Below, in pieces: positions 19,976 to 29,020 of a stretch of DNA of 64,000 nt. Origin of the DNA: an uncultured cyanobacterium (GTDB taxonomy: Bacteria > Cyanobacteriota > Cyanobacteriia > Pseudanabaenales > Pseudanabaenaceae). The stretch lies in NCBI GenBank assembly GCA_963703315.1, contig OY969811.1:1184001-1248000 (forward strand), read 5' to 3'. Numbering within the stretch: the stretch's first letter is position 1; each line of letters starts with the position of its first letter. The notes under the pieces are model-generated. The model had not been told where the DNA came from. It was given only the letters and a program-made list of their open reading frames with translations, and made no database searches. The translations under genes were made by a program, and so were the position numbers.

Positions 19976-21238
19976 TCATGTAAGTTTTTTCTGAATTATC
20001 GTTGCTAACTGTTGACGATAATTTGCCCATGTTAATTGCTCTGCTTTTTTGCGAGCAGATTTCCCCATTTCGGCTAGTTCTTGAGGGTGACAATAACACC
20101 ATTCGAGTTTGGTTTTAAGTGCTTCGACATCACGGATAGGGACAATAAATCCCTCAAGTCCATCGGTAATGATGTCAGCACCTGCTGTATTCGGTGTCGT
20201 AATAATTGGGATGCCACAAGCCATTGCTTCTAGTAAGACAAGTCCAAAACCCTCAACCAAAGAGGGGAAAACGAATACGTTGGCGCTACTGTAATAATTG
20301 TTGAGTGTACTATGCGGGATTGAACCTGTTAAACGAAGGCGATCGCTATATCTACTTAACCAACTGCTAGGAAATTGATTGCTCCCCACTAGCAATAACT
20401 CTGAGTTAGGTAAATTAAGTTCTTGCCATGCTTGCAGTAAGTAATGTACACCTTTACGAGTTCCCACTTGTCCCGCAAACATAGCTCTAAATAGATGATC
20501 CTGTTTAGGACTGGGCTGAAAATATTCAATGGGCGCACCGTATGCAATAACTGAAATTTTAGCCTTAGGAATACCAATATCTAATAGTGATCGCTGCGTA
20601 AAGGTGGAAGCGACAAAAATATGATCGGCAAGTTCCACTTCACGATTTTTGCGATCGATTTTCCATGCTGGTTCTGTGATCGCTGACATTGTTGTGGCTA
20701 ATTCAGGAAAGAGTTCCGCTTCTTCAGCTTGAATCTTACGACTAGTCACATGAAAAGCGATCGGTAAATCATAAAAACAAACTATATCCCGTTGCTTTGC
20801 CGCTACAAATGTATCAGCCGCACTATCTTCGTAGGCATAGATTGCACTGATATTCTCTAAATGACTCTTTAAATGATGTTCAGCAACATGGCGATCGAAG
20901 GCAGCAACCATCCAATCAACGAGAGCTTTATCTATGCCTAGCTTTTTAGCAATCCCCGTCCTATTTAGCAATATTCTTAGTATTTCTTGCCAAGGATATT
21001 CATATATTTGGGAACCTATAGGTGCAATCCATGTTCTTCTTTCCAACTCCGTTTCTAATTGAGAAATTAATTTTGGTAGAATCTGTCTGATGGAACGCCC
21101 TAAATAGTTATTGAAGCGGCTAGGACTATAAGCAAGGGTAGTTACCACAGCATTCAGCATATTTGCTTCGGATATGGCTAACGCTGCATTGCGTGCATTG
21201 GGATTCCCCGTAGGATGAATCAACGTGATTTTTTTCAT
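19976..21238 (-). CDS. Glycosyltransferase family 4
   Basis: FAGQVGTRKG, FPSLVEGFGLVLLEAMACG. Confidence 0.92.
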   Translation of the reverse strand: MKKITLIHPTGNPNARNAALAISEANMLNAVVTTLAYSPSRFNNYLGRSIRQILPKLISQLETELERRTWIAPIGSQIYEYPWQEILRILLNRTGIAKKLGIDKALVDWMVAAFDRHVAEHHLKSHLENISAIYAYEDSAADTFVAAKQRDIVCFYDLPIAFHVTSRKIQAEEAELFPELATTMSAITEPAWKIDRKNREVELADHIFVASTFTQRSLLDIGIPKAKISVIAYGAPIEYFQPSPKQDHLFRAMFAGQVGTRKGVHYLLQAWQELNLPNSELLLVGSNQFPSSWLSRYSDRLRLTGSIPHSTLNNYYSSANVFVFPSLVEGFGLVLLEAMACGIPIITTPNTAGADIITDGLEGFIVPIRDVEALKTKLEWCYCHPQELAEMGKSARKKAEQLTWANYRQQLATIIQKKLT

Positions 21239-21396
21239 TTCTAAACTATAAGGGTTCTAAGATTTACTAAGGAACCAATTTTTTGTGGTGTGGCTTCGCC
21301 ACAAAAAAAGTAGTACAGAGAAATATTTGAAAGCGCGGCGAAGCCGCGCTTTCAAATATTTCTCTAGGTTTCAAGTCAGCGCAAAGCGCTGTATTG

Positions 21397-21500
21397 TAAG
21401 TAGCTAGGCATAAGTAAACTTAAAACCTAGAAACTTGTGCCGCCCGCGTAGCGGGCGGCACAAGTTCTGGTTTTGGGTTTTAACTATGCTGAGCTACTTA
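21397..21500. mobile_element. 104-bp MITE with TAAGTAGCT terminal inverted repeats
   Basis: Near-identical inverted copy at 49368-49471 and a diverged copy at 48272-48374. Confidence 0.85.
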
Positions 21501-21513
21501 CTAATATTCAACT

Positions 21514-22533
21514 ATGAGAATACTTGTATATTCACCTTCGTTTTATCCAAATATAGGTGGACTAGAAACTATTATTTCTACATTAGCCAGTGAGTTTATA
21601 CATCAGGGACATGAAGTTAAATTAGTATGCCAAACTCCAGCAACAGAGGCTAGACAGTTTCCCTTTGAAGTGATTCGGAACCCTAGCAAGAGAGAACTAC
21701 TAAGACTTACTTATTGGTGTGAAGTGTATTTGCAAGGATGTGTAAGCTTAAAAGGGCTGTGGTCACTTTTGCTTGTACCTCGATGTCTAGTTATCACGCA
21801 TCAAACTTGGTATTGCCGTAATGATGGAAGTATAGGTTGGCAAGACTATCTCAAGAAATTTGCATCTCGTTTTGTCGTTAATATTTCTGTGAGTCATAGT
21901 GTTGCGAAGGCATTGTCATCGCCATCTACCGTTATTCCTAACTCCTATAGAGAAGATATATTTTATGAGATGCCAGAAATTAGACGTGATAAGGAACTGG
22001 TATTTTTAGGGCGCTTAGTTTCCGATAAAGGAGTTAGTTTATTACTTAGCGCATTAGCTCAAATCAAACGCATGGGACTAACACCTAATTTGACCATTAT
22101 TGGCAGTGGCGAAGCCGAATCTCAATTACGCCAACAGGTAATAGATTACTCACTCCATAGACAAGTTACTTTTGCTGGTGTCAAAATTGACCATGAATTA
22201 GCTAGGTTCCTAAATTCTCATCAAATTATGGTTATCCCATCTTTGTGGGATGAGCCATTTGGAATCGTAGCACTAGAAGGGATCGCTTGTGGTTGTGTGG
22301 TCGTTGGGTCAGAACGCGGTGGACTCAAGGATGCGATTGGTTCTTGTGGTATAACTTTTCCTAATGGTGATGTGCAAGCACTTACGCAAATTTTGCTTAA
22401 TCTTCTGCAACATCCAGAGCAGTTAAGTATCTACAGGGCTAACAGTTTAGAGCATTTGTTACGTCATCAAAAATCAGCGATCGCTAAAGCCTATTTAGAA
22501 GTCATGGAAATAGCTATTAAATCTGGTAAATAA
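21514..22533 (+). CDS. Glycosyltransferase family 4
   Basis: FLGRLVSDKG, PSLWDEPFGIVALEGIACG. Confidence 0.92.
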   Translation: MRILVYSPSFYPNIGGLETIISTLASEFIHQGHEVKLVCQTPATEARQFPFEVIRNPSKRELLRLTYWCEVYLQGCVSLKGLWSLLLVPRCLVITHQTWYCRNDGSIGWQDYLKKFASRFVVNISVSHSVAKALSSPSTVIPNSYREDIFYEMPEIRRDKELVFLGRLVSDKGVSLLLSALAQIKRMGLTPNLTIIGSGEAESQLRQQVIDYSLHRQVTFAGVKIDHELARFLNSHQIMVIPSLWDEPFGIVALEGIACGCVVVGSERGGLKDAIGSCGITFPNGDVQALTQILLNLLQHPEQLSIYRANSLEHLLRHQKSAIAKAYLEVMEIAIKSGK

Positions 22534-22555
22534 TTTTTAAAACTGGTTAAATCCC

Positions 22556-23881
22556 ATGAACATATTAGGCGTAGTCATCCTAGCCTTGATAATTATCTTT
22601 GGAGCATCGAAAAATTGGAAACTCTCCATTAAATCAATTTTAGTTCTTGTAATTATCGAAGGTGCTCTGCGTCGTTGGGTTTTCCCTCAGGCAAGAGATT
22701 TAATTTATTTCTTCAAAGATCTCATCCTGATCGGCAGTTACATCGGGTTTGCGAGTCAACCTCGACCAATGATTGATCGATATCCATTTATTAAAGAATT
22801 AACAGTAGTAATTGCGATTGTATGTTGCTTGCAAGCTTTTAATCCTAGTCTAGGCTCGCCAATTGTGGGATTAATTGGTATCAGAGCTTACTTGCTATAT
22901 ATTCCTCTAGTTTGGGTAATTCTATACTTATTTGACTCAGAGACAGATTTACGCAATTTTTTACGCAAATACCTCCTGCTCTTAATCCCAGTTTGTATTT
23001 TAGGCATCATTCAGTATTTTAGCCCTCAGAATAGTCCATTGAATTTATATTCCACTGATGACGCTTCAGGTGTTGCCACGGTTGGTGAGTTTGTGAGAAT
23101 CACAGGTACTTTTTCTTATTTAGCAGGAATTACTGTTTATTTGTCGGTTTGTTTTTCGTTACTAATCGTTTTGATCTCTCAAGAGCGCACAACTAAATGG
23201 CAAATAATTTATGGATTAGAGTTAGCTCTGGTGGCTGTAAATTCTCTAATGACTGGGGCGCGTACTATTGTTATTTACGAAATTATATTTACGGTTGGTT
23301 ATCTTATTTTTCTATTTTTCACTAGTCAAAAAGCTACTTTCAAGTTTGTTACACGCCTATTTTTACCCACACTTATGGCAGTTTTATTAGCCATAATCTA
23401 TTTTCAGCCAGCATTACAATCTTTTAATACTCGTGTCGAGTCAGCTAATGACTCAGTAAGCGATCGCATAGTTGACTCTTTCACTCAAGTTTTTAACTAT
23501 TCTGGAGGAAGAACTGACGGTTATGGTACAGGCGCAACCCAACCATCAATAGCTAGTCTCAGAAAGCTATTAGTTCTGACCGATGGTGAAGAACTACCTC
23601 CTCACGAAGGTGAAACTGGGCGTGTAGTTCTGGAAATAGGTGTGTTGGGATTTATTCTCTGGTATGGACTGAGAATAGTTCTATTGATATCACTATTCTC
23701 AGTATTTATGAAACTTAGAAATCCATTTTGTAAGGAACTAGCATTAGCTATCTTTCTATTCCAAGCAATTAATATTACTGGACAGTTAGTAACTAATCCA
23801 ACGATGCTAGTATATTTCTGGTTTTTTAGTGGGTTTATTTACTTGCTACCCGTTCTTGAAGAAAAAGAAAATCAAAATTAG
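22556..23881 (+). CDS. Polytopic membrane protein, Wzy/O-antigen-ligase-like
   Basis: About 10 TM segments, RITGTFSY, next to glycosyltransferases. Confidence 0.7.
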   Translation: MNILGVVILALIIIFGASKNWKLSIKSILVLVIIEGALRRWVFPQARDLIYFFKDLILIGSYIGFASQPRPMIDRYPFIKELTVVIAIVCCLQAFNPSLGSPIVGLIGIRAYLLYIPLVWVILYLFDSETDLRNFLRKYLLLLIPVCILGIIQYFSPQNSPLNLYSTDDASGVATVGEFVRITGTFSYLAGITVYLSVCFSLLIVLISQERTTKWQIIYGLELALVAVNSLMTGARTIVIYEIIFTVGYLIFLFFTSQKATFKFVTRLFLPTLMAVLLAIIYFQPALQSFNTRVESANDSVSDRIVDSFTQVFNYSGGRTDGYGTGATQPSIASLRKLLVLTDGEELPPHEGETGRVVLEIGVLGFILWYGLRIVLLISLFSVFMKLRNPFCKELALAIFLFQAINITGQLVTNPTMLVYFWFFSGFIYLLPVLEEKENQN

Positions 23882-23898
23882 CACTTTATAATAATGAC

Positions 23899-24720
23899 CT
23901 ATTGATATCGTTCTAGAAAGTCTAAAGCTTGATTGCGTAACTCATAGTATTCTTTAGACTCCCGCAATTCGTGGCGATCGCGAGGACGTGGTAACGGAAT
24001 ATCTAGCACCTGTCCGATCGTTGCTTTTGGTCCATTGGTCATCATCACCACGCGATCGGACATAAAGATCGCCTCATCGACATCATGGGTAATCATCATT
24101 ACCGCCTGCCGATGATTCTCCCAAATATCTAAAACTTGCTGTTGTAACTTCGGTCTGGTTAAGGCATCTAGCGCCCCAAATGGTTCATCTAGCAATAGCA
24201 TTTTGGGACGGGTTGCTAAGGCACGCGCGACCCCAACTCTCTGCTTCATGCCACCTGAAAGTTCTTGGGGATATTTATCGGCGGCAGCAGTGAGATTAAC
24301 CATTTCAATATGCTCGTTCACGATCGCAATTTTCTCGGCACGACTTGCGGTTTTAAATACTTCATCTACCGCCATGCGAATGTTTTCTCTCACTGTCAAC
24401 CAAGGGAGAAGCGAATAGCCTTGAAAGACCATCATCCTCTCTGCTCCTGGTTTACGAATGACTTTACCTTCTAAAGTGACTAAGCCTGATGTCGGTTTCT
24501 CTAAACCTGCCACAATCCTAACTAGGGTTGATTTACCGCAACCTGAATGACCAATTACAGAGACATATTCCTGTTCAGCGATCGCAAGGTTAATGCCATC
24601 TAGTACCACAAATTGACTACCATCAGGTTTGCGAAATGACTTGACAATATTTTCGACCACTAAAAAGGTTTTGTCAGGGGGATGGTTGTTCGATGTGAGG
24701 TTGGTTTGGGGAGTAGTCAT
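23899..24720 (-). CDS. NrtD/CmpD/CynD-type ABC ATP-binding protein
   Basis: IGHSGCGKST, LSGGMKQRV, LLDEPFGALDALTR. Confidence 0.92.
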   Translation of the reverse strand: MTTPQTNLTSNNHPPDKTFLVVENIVKSFRKPDGSQFVVLDGINLAIAEQEYVSVIGHSGCGKSTLVRIVAGLEKPTSGLVTLEGKVIRKPGAERMMVFQGYSLLPWLTVRENIRMAVDEVFKTASRAEKIAIVNEHIEMVNLTAAADKYPQELSGGMKQRVGVARALATRPKMLLLDEPFGALDALTRPKLQQQVLDIWENHRQAVMMITHDVDEAIFMSDRVVMMTNGPKATIGQVLDIPLPRPRDRHELRESKEYYELRNQALDFLERYQ

Positions 24721-24752
24721 ACAGTTCTTTTCGTTTCTAGGATAAATTGAAC

Positions 24753-26147
24753 TTAGGCAAGGAAAAAGGATTGGGGAGCATTGGCTCGAATTGCAAAGCT
24801 GTTGAGATAGCCGATGGGATTGCTAGGATCAAAGGATTTACGATCGATAAAGGCTGAGGCAGGTTCTAGTTTATAGTCATCCGCAGGACAAGCAATGCTC
24901 ATTTCAGCAGCAATTTCTCGATATAAGTCAGTGCGCCATGATTGACGAGCGATCGCTTCGGCATTCTTGGGAAATTCAGGAATTTGTCCCCAACGGGCGG
25001 CTTGGGTCATCAGCCAGAGGCTCTGTGATTGCCAGAGGAAAGTAGAATGATCGTTGGCAATGTCAGAAACAGAAGTAGGCATTTCAAAGAAAATGGTTGT
25101 TTCTAAGCTGTTCGTGATGCGTGGTTGATTATCAAATCCTCCGTAGTTGTAATTCCCTACAATTGCGGGTCGCGTATATTTAACATTTGCTCCCGTAAAG
25201 GAACGTTGGGAGATGATTTTAGCGACTTCTTCACGATTAGCAGGTTCACTGCAATATTGACAGGCTTCGATCATTGCTTTTACTAGCGATCGGTAGGTTT
25301 TGGGATATTCTTGAATGAAGGATTCACGTACGGCTAACAGGCGATCGGGATGACCATTCCAAATTTCTCGCCCTTGAGCAAAGGTGAATCCAACTCCCTC
25401 GTTACCAGCGATCGCTCGCGTATTCCAAGGTTCGGCAACCATATAGGCTTGAATCGCATCCATCCGTATATTGCTCACCATCTGAGGTGGTGGTGTAATT
25501 ATAGAACGCAATTCGGTAAATGGATTGATGTCAGCCGCCGCGAGTAGATAGCGAATAAAATATTCATAAATGGAAGAACTCAAAACCGTTGCCCACACTC
25601 GCTCATCTAGGGGTGCAGTTTGCCAATATCGCTGCAAATCTTTCCCAAACCGATCTAAATCGCCGCTATAGGTAGATAAGGGACGGATACCAGCTTCCCA
25701 TAATTTACGATTGAAGGTAATGGCATTACCATGACGGTGAATCGTCATGGCAGCACAAAGGGGAAACTGACGTGCGCCTTCTGCGCCAATACGGGCATTG
25801 GTGACAGCACCAGATACAACGGGAGAAGCATCTAAGCGTCCAAAAATAATCCCGTCACGGGAATTTGCCCAACTCGCCTCTCGACTGAGCGTAACGTTCA
25901 ATCCATACTTCCGAAAGAATCCTTTTTCCCAAGCGATCGCAAAGGGAGCGCAATCGTTAACAGGTACAAAGCCAACAGTTAAGTTTGGTTTTTCCAAACT
26001 GGCGGGATTAATTATAGGTTCCACAGCCAGCGCTGTTTCTGATAGTCCAGTGGGATTTCGTCCTTGCTCTTGGGAACAAGCAGAAAAGGCGATCGCTGAG
26101 GCAGTAGCGGTCATTCCCTGAAGGAATGCTCTCCTTGTTGTAGACAT
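24753..26147 (-). CDS. NrtA/CmpA/CynA-family substrate-binding lipoprotein
   Basis: Tat signal RRAFLQ plus lipobox FSAC from the ATG at 26147; LEKPNLTVGFVP..DCAP, VAEPWN, IWNGHP. Confidence 0.9.
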   Translation of the reverse strand: MSTTRRAFLQGMTATASAIAFSACSQEQGRNPTGLSETALAVEPIINPASLEKPNLTVGFVPVNDCAPFAIAWEKGFFRKYGLNVTLSREASWANSRDGIIFGRLDASPVVSGAVTNARIGAEGARQFPLCAAMTIHRHGNAITFNRKLWEAGIRPLSTYSGDLDRFGKDLQRYWQTAPLDERVWATVLSSSIYEYFIRYLLAAADINPFTELRSIITPPPQMVSNIRMDAIQAYMVAEPWNTRAIAGNEGVGFTFAQGREIWNGHPDRLLAVRESFIQEYPKTYRSLVKAMIEACQYCSEPANREEVAKIISQRSFTGANVKYTRPAIVGNYNYGGFDNQPRITNSLETTIFFEMPTSVSDIANDHSTFLWQSQSLWLMTQAARWGQIPEFPKNAEAIARQSWRTDLYREIAAEMSIACPADDYKLEPASAFIDRKSFDPSNPIGYLNSFAIRANAPQSFFLA

Positions 26148-26161
26148 GGGAATCTCCGAAG

Positions 26162-26992
26162 TTATTGTACAGGGCGACGAGTCATGAGTGCTTGCAATTT
26201 GGCGAGGGCATAGTCCAAAATCAGCCCTGTCACACCAATCACAAAGACCGCCAAAAATACAGAACTCACATTCAATCGGTTCCATTCATCCCAAACGAAA
26301 AAGCCAATGCCAATACCACCTGTGAGCATTTCCACCGCCACAATTACTAACCATGCAATCCCTAGACTAATGCGTAAACCTGTAAAGATATAGGGCAAAC
26401 TCGCTGGCAGAACTACCTTAATTAACTGCTTCCAACGGGGCATTTCTAAAACTTGAGCAACTTCCAAATAGTCTTTAGGAACGTTACTTACTCCTTCAGC
26501 AGTGTTAATGATCGTAGACCAGAGGGAAGTAATAAAGATCACAAAAATTGCAGAAGGTTCAGCAGCATTAAAAATAGCAAGGGCGATCGGCAACCAAACG
26601 AGAGGAGAAACTGGCTTAAAAACCTGAATAATGGGATTAATTGCCAACCAAGCATTACGGGATAACCCAATCCAAACACCGACGGGAATCGCTACTACGG
26701 CTCCTAGCAAGAAACCAATGCAAACTCGGCGCAAGCTGGCTAATAGTAGCCAACCAATCCCAATATCACCAGCTCCCCGACGATAAAACGGATGTAAAAT
26801 AAAATCTAAGTTTTTGATCAAGGCTTCTGGCGGTGTGGGCATCATTTCTTGACGAAATAAGGCGATCGCCCACCATAGGGCTATGACTCCTGCAAAGCCT
26901 GCGATCGGCAACAGGACATTAGCTCGAAACAAATTGCGAAAACACCCATTTATAAAAGCGCGGGTATTAGTCGCCAAACTCATCAAAGCCAT
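26162..26992 (-). CDS. NrtB/CmpB/CynB-type ABC permease
   Basis: FKPVSPLVWLP, GLRISLGIAWLVIVAVEML.GG.GIGFFVWDEWN. Confidence 0.92.
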   Translation of the reverse strand: MALMSLATNTRAFINGCFRNLFRANVLLPIAGFAGVIALWWAIALFRQEMMPTPPEALIKNLDFILHPFYRRGAGDIGIGWLLLASLRRVCIGFLLGAVVAIPVGVWIGLSRNAWLAINPIIQVFKPVSPLVWLPIALAIFNAAEPSAIFVIFITSLWSTIINTAEGVSNVPKDYLEVAQVLEMPRWKQLIKVVLPASLPYIFTGLRISLGIAWLVIVAVEMLTGGIGIGFFVWDEWNRLNVSSVFLAVFVIGVTGLILDYALAKLQALMTRRPVQ

Positions 26993-27136
26993 GATTTGTA
27001 GTACCTTGTTTCAGAATGGACTAATTCAGACGAGAGTCTAAACAAGAATCTATCTGAAAATGGCACTAACCGTCAAAAATGCTAATTTTGTCTTGTAGTG
27101 GAAAGGGAATAAGAGGGTTATACTAAACAAAAAACT

Positions 27137-27652
27137 ATGAAATCTTCTCAAAATCCTTGCCCCGATCCACCATCTTATCAAGTACATTTTGCGGTGATTA
27201 CCGTCAGTGATACCCGTACACCTGAAACCGATAAAAGTGGCAACTTTATCAAGCAGTCAATGATTAATGCTGGTCATCTGCTGGAATACTACACCCTAGT
27301 CAAAGATGAACCTGACGAGATTCGCGAACAAATGCAAAAGTTAGCAGCGATCGCTGAGCTTGACGCGATAATTCTTAATGGTGGGACGGGGATTGCGCCA
27401 CGAGACACGACTTATGATGCGATCGCGGCTTTGCTTGAAAAGACTTTACCTGGATTTGGTGAGATGTTTCGTTATTTGAGTTGGCAAGAGGTTGGCTCAA
27501 GGGCGATCGCGTCACGCTCTGAGGCAGGAATTTATCAAGGTAAGTTAGTGTTTTCGCTCCCTGGTTCCAGTAATGCTGTGAAATTAGCGATTGAGCAACT
27601 AATTTTGCCAGAAATCATCCATCTTGTGCGGCAGTTAAAAGGTTTGCATTAA
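27137..27652 (+). CDS. moaB: Molybdenum cofactor biosynthesis protein MoaB/MogA
   Basis: ITVSDTRT..TDKSG, GGTGIAPRDTT, LPGFGE, SLPGS. Confidence 0.92.
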   Translation: MKSSQNPCPDPPSYQVHFAVITVSDTRTPETDKSGNFIKQSMINAGHLLEYYTLVKDEPDEIREQMQKLAAIAELDAIILNGGTGIAPRDTTYDAIAALLEKTLPGFGEMFRYLSWQEVGSRAIASRSEAGIYQGKLVFSLPGSSNAVKLAIEQLILPEIIHLVRQLKGLH

Positions 27653-27696
27653 TTTATGTAAGTAAATTTGTTTGAAAATTTTAAGTCTATTCCTTA

Positions 27697-27855
27697 TCAA
27701 AGCATAGCCAGATCTAACCCACGCTTAAAGATCTCATCGATCGCCAACATTTCACCGTCAGTAGTCATAAACTTATGATCTTTGGTGGCTTTAATGTGAT
27801 CGCCATTTTCTAACTCATATTCAAAGACTTCTTGATTGCCGCGATCGTGCCATTG
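27697..27855 (-). repeat. Silent copy 1 of the dnaE-n split-intein 3' end, with its own stop codon
   Basis: 27707-27855 matches 29034-29182 with about 8 mismatches. Reads [52 protein letters not shown]. Confidence 0.95.
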
Positions 27856-27865
27856 CTTCCATAGC

Positions 27866-27892
27866 TTGACGTTAACGATCTCATGTTACAAT
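27866..27892 (+). promoter_or_regulatory. Candidate sigma70 promoter for the toxin pair
   Basis: TTGACG (27866) and extended -10 TGnTACAAT (27884-27892), just outside repeat copy 1. Confidence 0.4.
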
Positions 27893-27928
27893 CACATATT
27901 CAAGCATTTAAACCGTAAAATATCAACA

Positions 27929-28168
27929 ATGGCTGGTAAACCAATCCCCAATCCATCGATTTTAGATAGATGTAAAGTTGTGGGAGTGGAAGGACAGAGA
28001 AAGGTATATTACGATTCTCAAGAAGACCGATATTACACTTGGGATTCTTTACATGGTGAATTGGAGGTTTTTAACAAACGTGGTAGGCATCTTGGAGTTG
28101 TATGTCCAATTACAGGTGATTTGATTAAGCCTGCGGTGAAGGGTCGTAGGATTAGCAAGCAAAACTGA
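27929..28168 (+). CDS. Stand-alone colicin E3-like ribonuclease toxin domain
   Basis: YTWDSLHGELEVFNKRGRHLG..CPITG..IKPAVKGRRI parallels colicin E3 YEWDSQHGELEGY...HLG..DPKTG. 79 aa from the ATG at 27929. Confidence 0.85.
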   Translation: MAGKPIPNPSILDRCKVVGVEGQRKVYYDSQEDRYYTWDSLHGELEVFNKRGRHLGVVCPITGDLIKPAVKGRRISKQN

Positions 28169-28176
28169 GAAAATAT

Positions 28177-28416
28177 ATGAATAGCTCGTTTATTGAAAAA
28201 TGTATTAATGGTGATGCGTCTTTAGATGAGATTGATGATTATATTGACGAATGGCATGATAGTAATTCAGATATCGATCTTGAGTTGCATGAATTTTTAG
28301 GCATGACTTGGGAAGAATATTCATTATGGGCGGTTAAACCCAGTCTTTTGGCAGATATCCTCAATCATAGAAAGCAAGATGTCGGTTCTAAAAAGCTTGT
28401 ATTGCCTAATGTTTAA
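28177..28416 (+). CDS. Acidic small protein, putative immunity/antitoxin
   Basis: Starts 8 nt after the toxin stop; LDEIDDYIDEWH...LHEFLGMTWEEYSLW. Confidence 0.7.
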   Translation: MNSSFIEKCINGDASLDEIDDYIDEWHDSNSDIDLELHEFLGMTWEEYSLWAVKPSLLADILNHRKQDVGSKKLVLPNV

Positions 28417-28424
28417 GCAAGCAG

Positions 28425-28492
28425 GCGATCGCCAACATTTCACCGTCAGTAGTCATAAACTTATGATCTTTGGTGGCTTTAATGCGATCGCC
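28425..28492. repeat. Silent copy 2 of dnaE-n intein DNA, bounded by two HIP1 sites
   Basis: GCGATCGC(28425)-caacatttcaccgtcagtagtcataaacttatgatctttggtggctttaat-GCGATCGC(28484). Matches 29066-29132 and 27738-27804. Confidence 0.95.
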
Positions 28493-28550
28493 CTATAAGT
28501 TAAAATTAAAATCGAGAGCATGATAGTGAGAGACATCAACCCTTGAGTCA

Positions 28551-28790
28551 ATGAGTCCAACTGTTTTTCATAAGGATGGCTACCGTTTTTATTTTTTCTC
28601 CAGAGAAGAATCGAGAATGCACGTCCATGTTCAATCTCAACATGGTGAAGCTAAATTTTGGCTAGAACCAACGCTTGAACTTGCCCAACATACAGGGATC
28701 TCTCAACGTGAAATCAATGCAGCACTTAAACTTGTAAAAGATAATGAACAAGAAATCCGTATTGCTTGGAACAGACATTTCCCAAGTTGA
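28551..28790 (+). CDS. DUF4160-family protein (putative TA component)
   Basis: MSPTVF..DGYRFYFFSREE.RMHVHV....EAKFWLEP...IRIAWNRHF. Confidence 0.88.
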   Translation: MSPTVFHKDGYRFYFFSREESRMHVHVQSQHGEAKFWLEPTLELAQHTGISQREINAALKLVKDNEQEIRIAWNRHFPS

Positions 28791-29019
28791 AGTAACCAAC
28801 ATATCTCCCCATGGTCTTTGGATACTTTTATACAATGAAGAAGAACTTTTTCTACCATTTACTGAATTTCCTTGGTTTCGAGAGGCAAGTATCTCCAAAA
28901 TCTGTAATGTAGAACTTCCATCACCAAACCATCTTTACTGGTCAGATTTAGACATTGATATATCTGTTGAATCAATTCGCAATCCAGAACGCTTTCCACT
29001 CTTTAGCCAAATTGGGTAA
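28744..29019 (+). CDS. DUF2442-family protein (partner of DUF4160)
   Basis: EVTNISPHGLWIL...LFLPFTEFPWF...HLYWSDLDIDISVESI.NPERFPL. Confidence 0.88.
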   Translation: MNKKSVLLGTDISQVEVTNISPHGLWILLYNEEELFLPFTEFPWFREASISKICNVELPSPNHLYWSDLDIDISVESIRNPERFPLFSQIG

Positions 29020-29020
29020 T

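Noticed and set aside
27707..28492. CRISPR array or classical integron attC sites
   Set aside because: The repeats are unequal fragments of a coding sequence separated by whole genes. There are no attC-like inverted boxes and no cas or intI gene.
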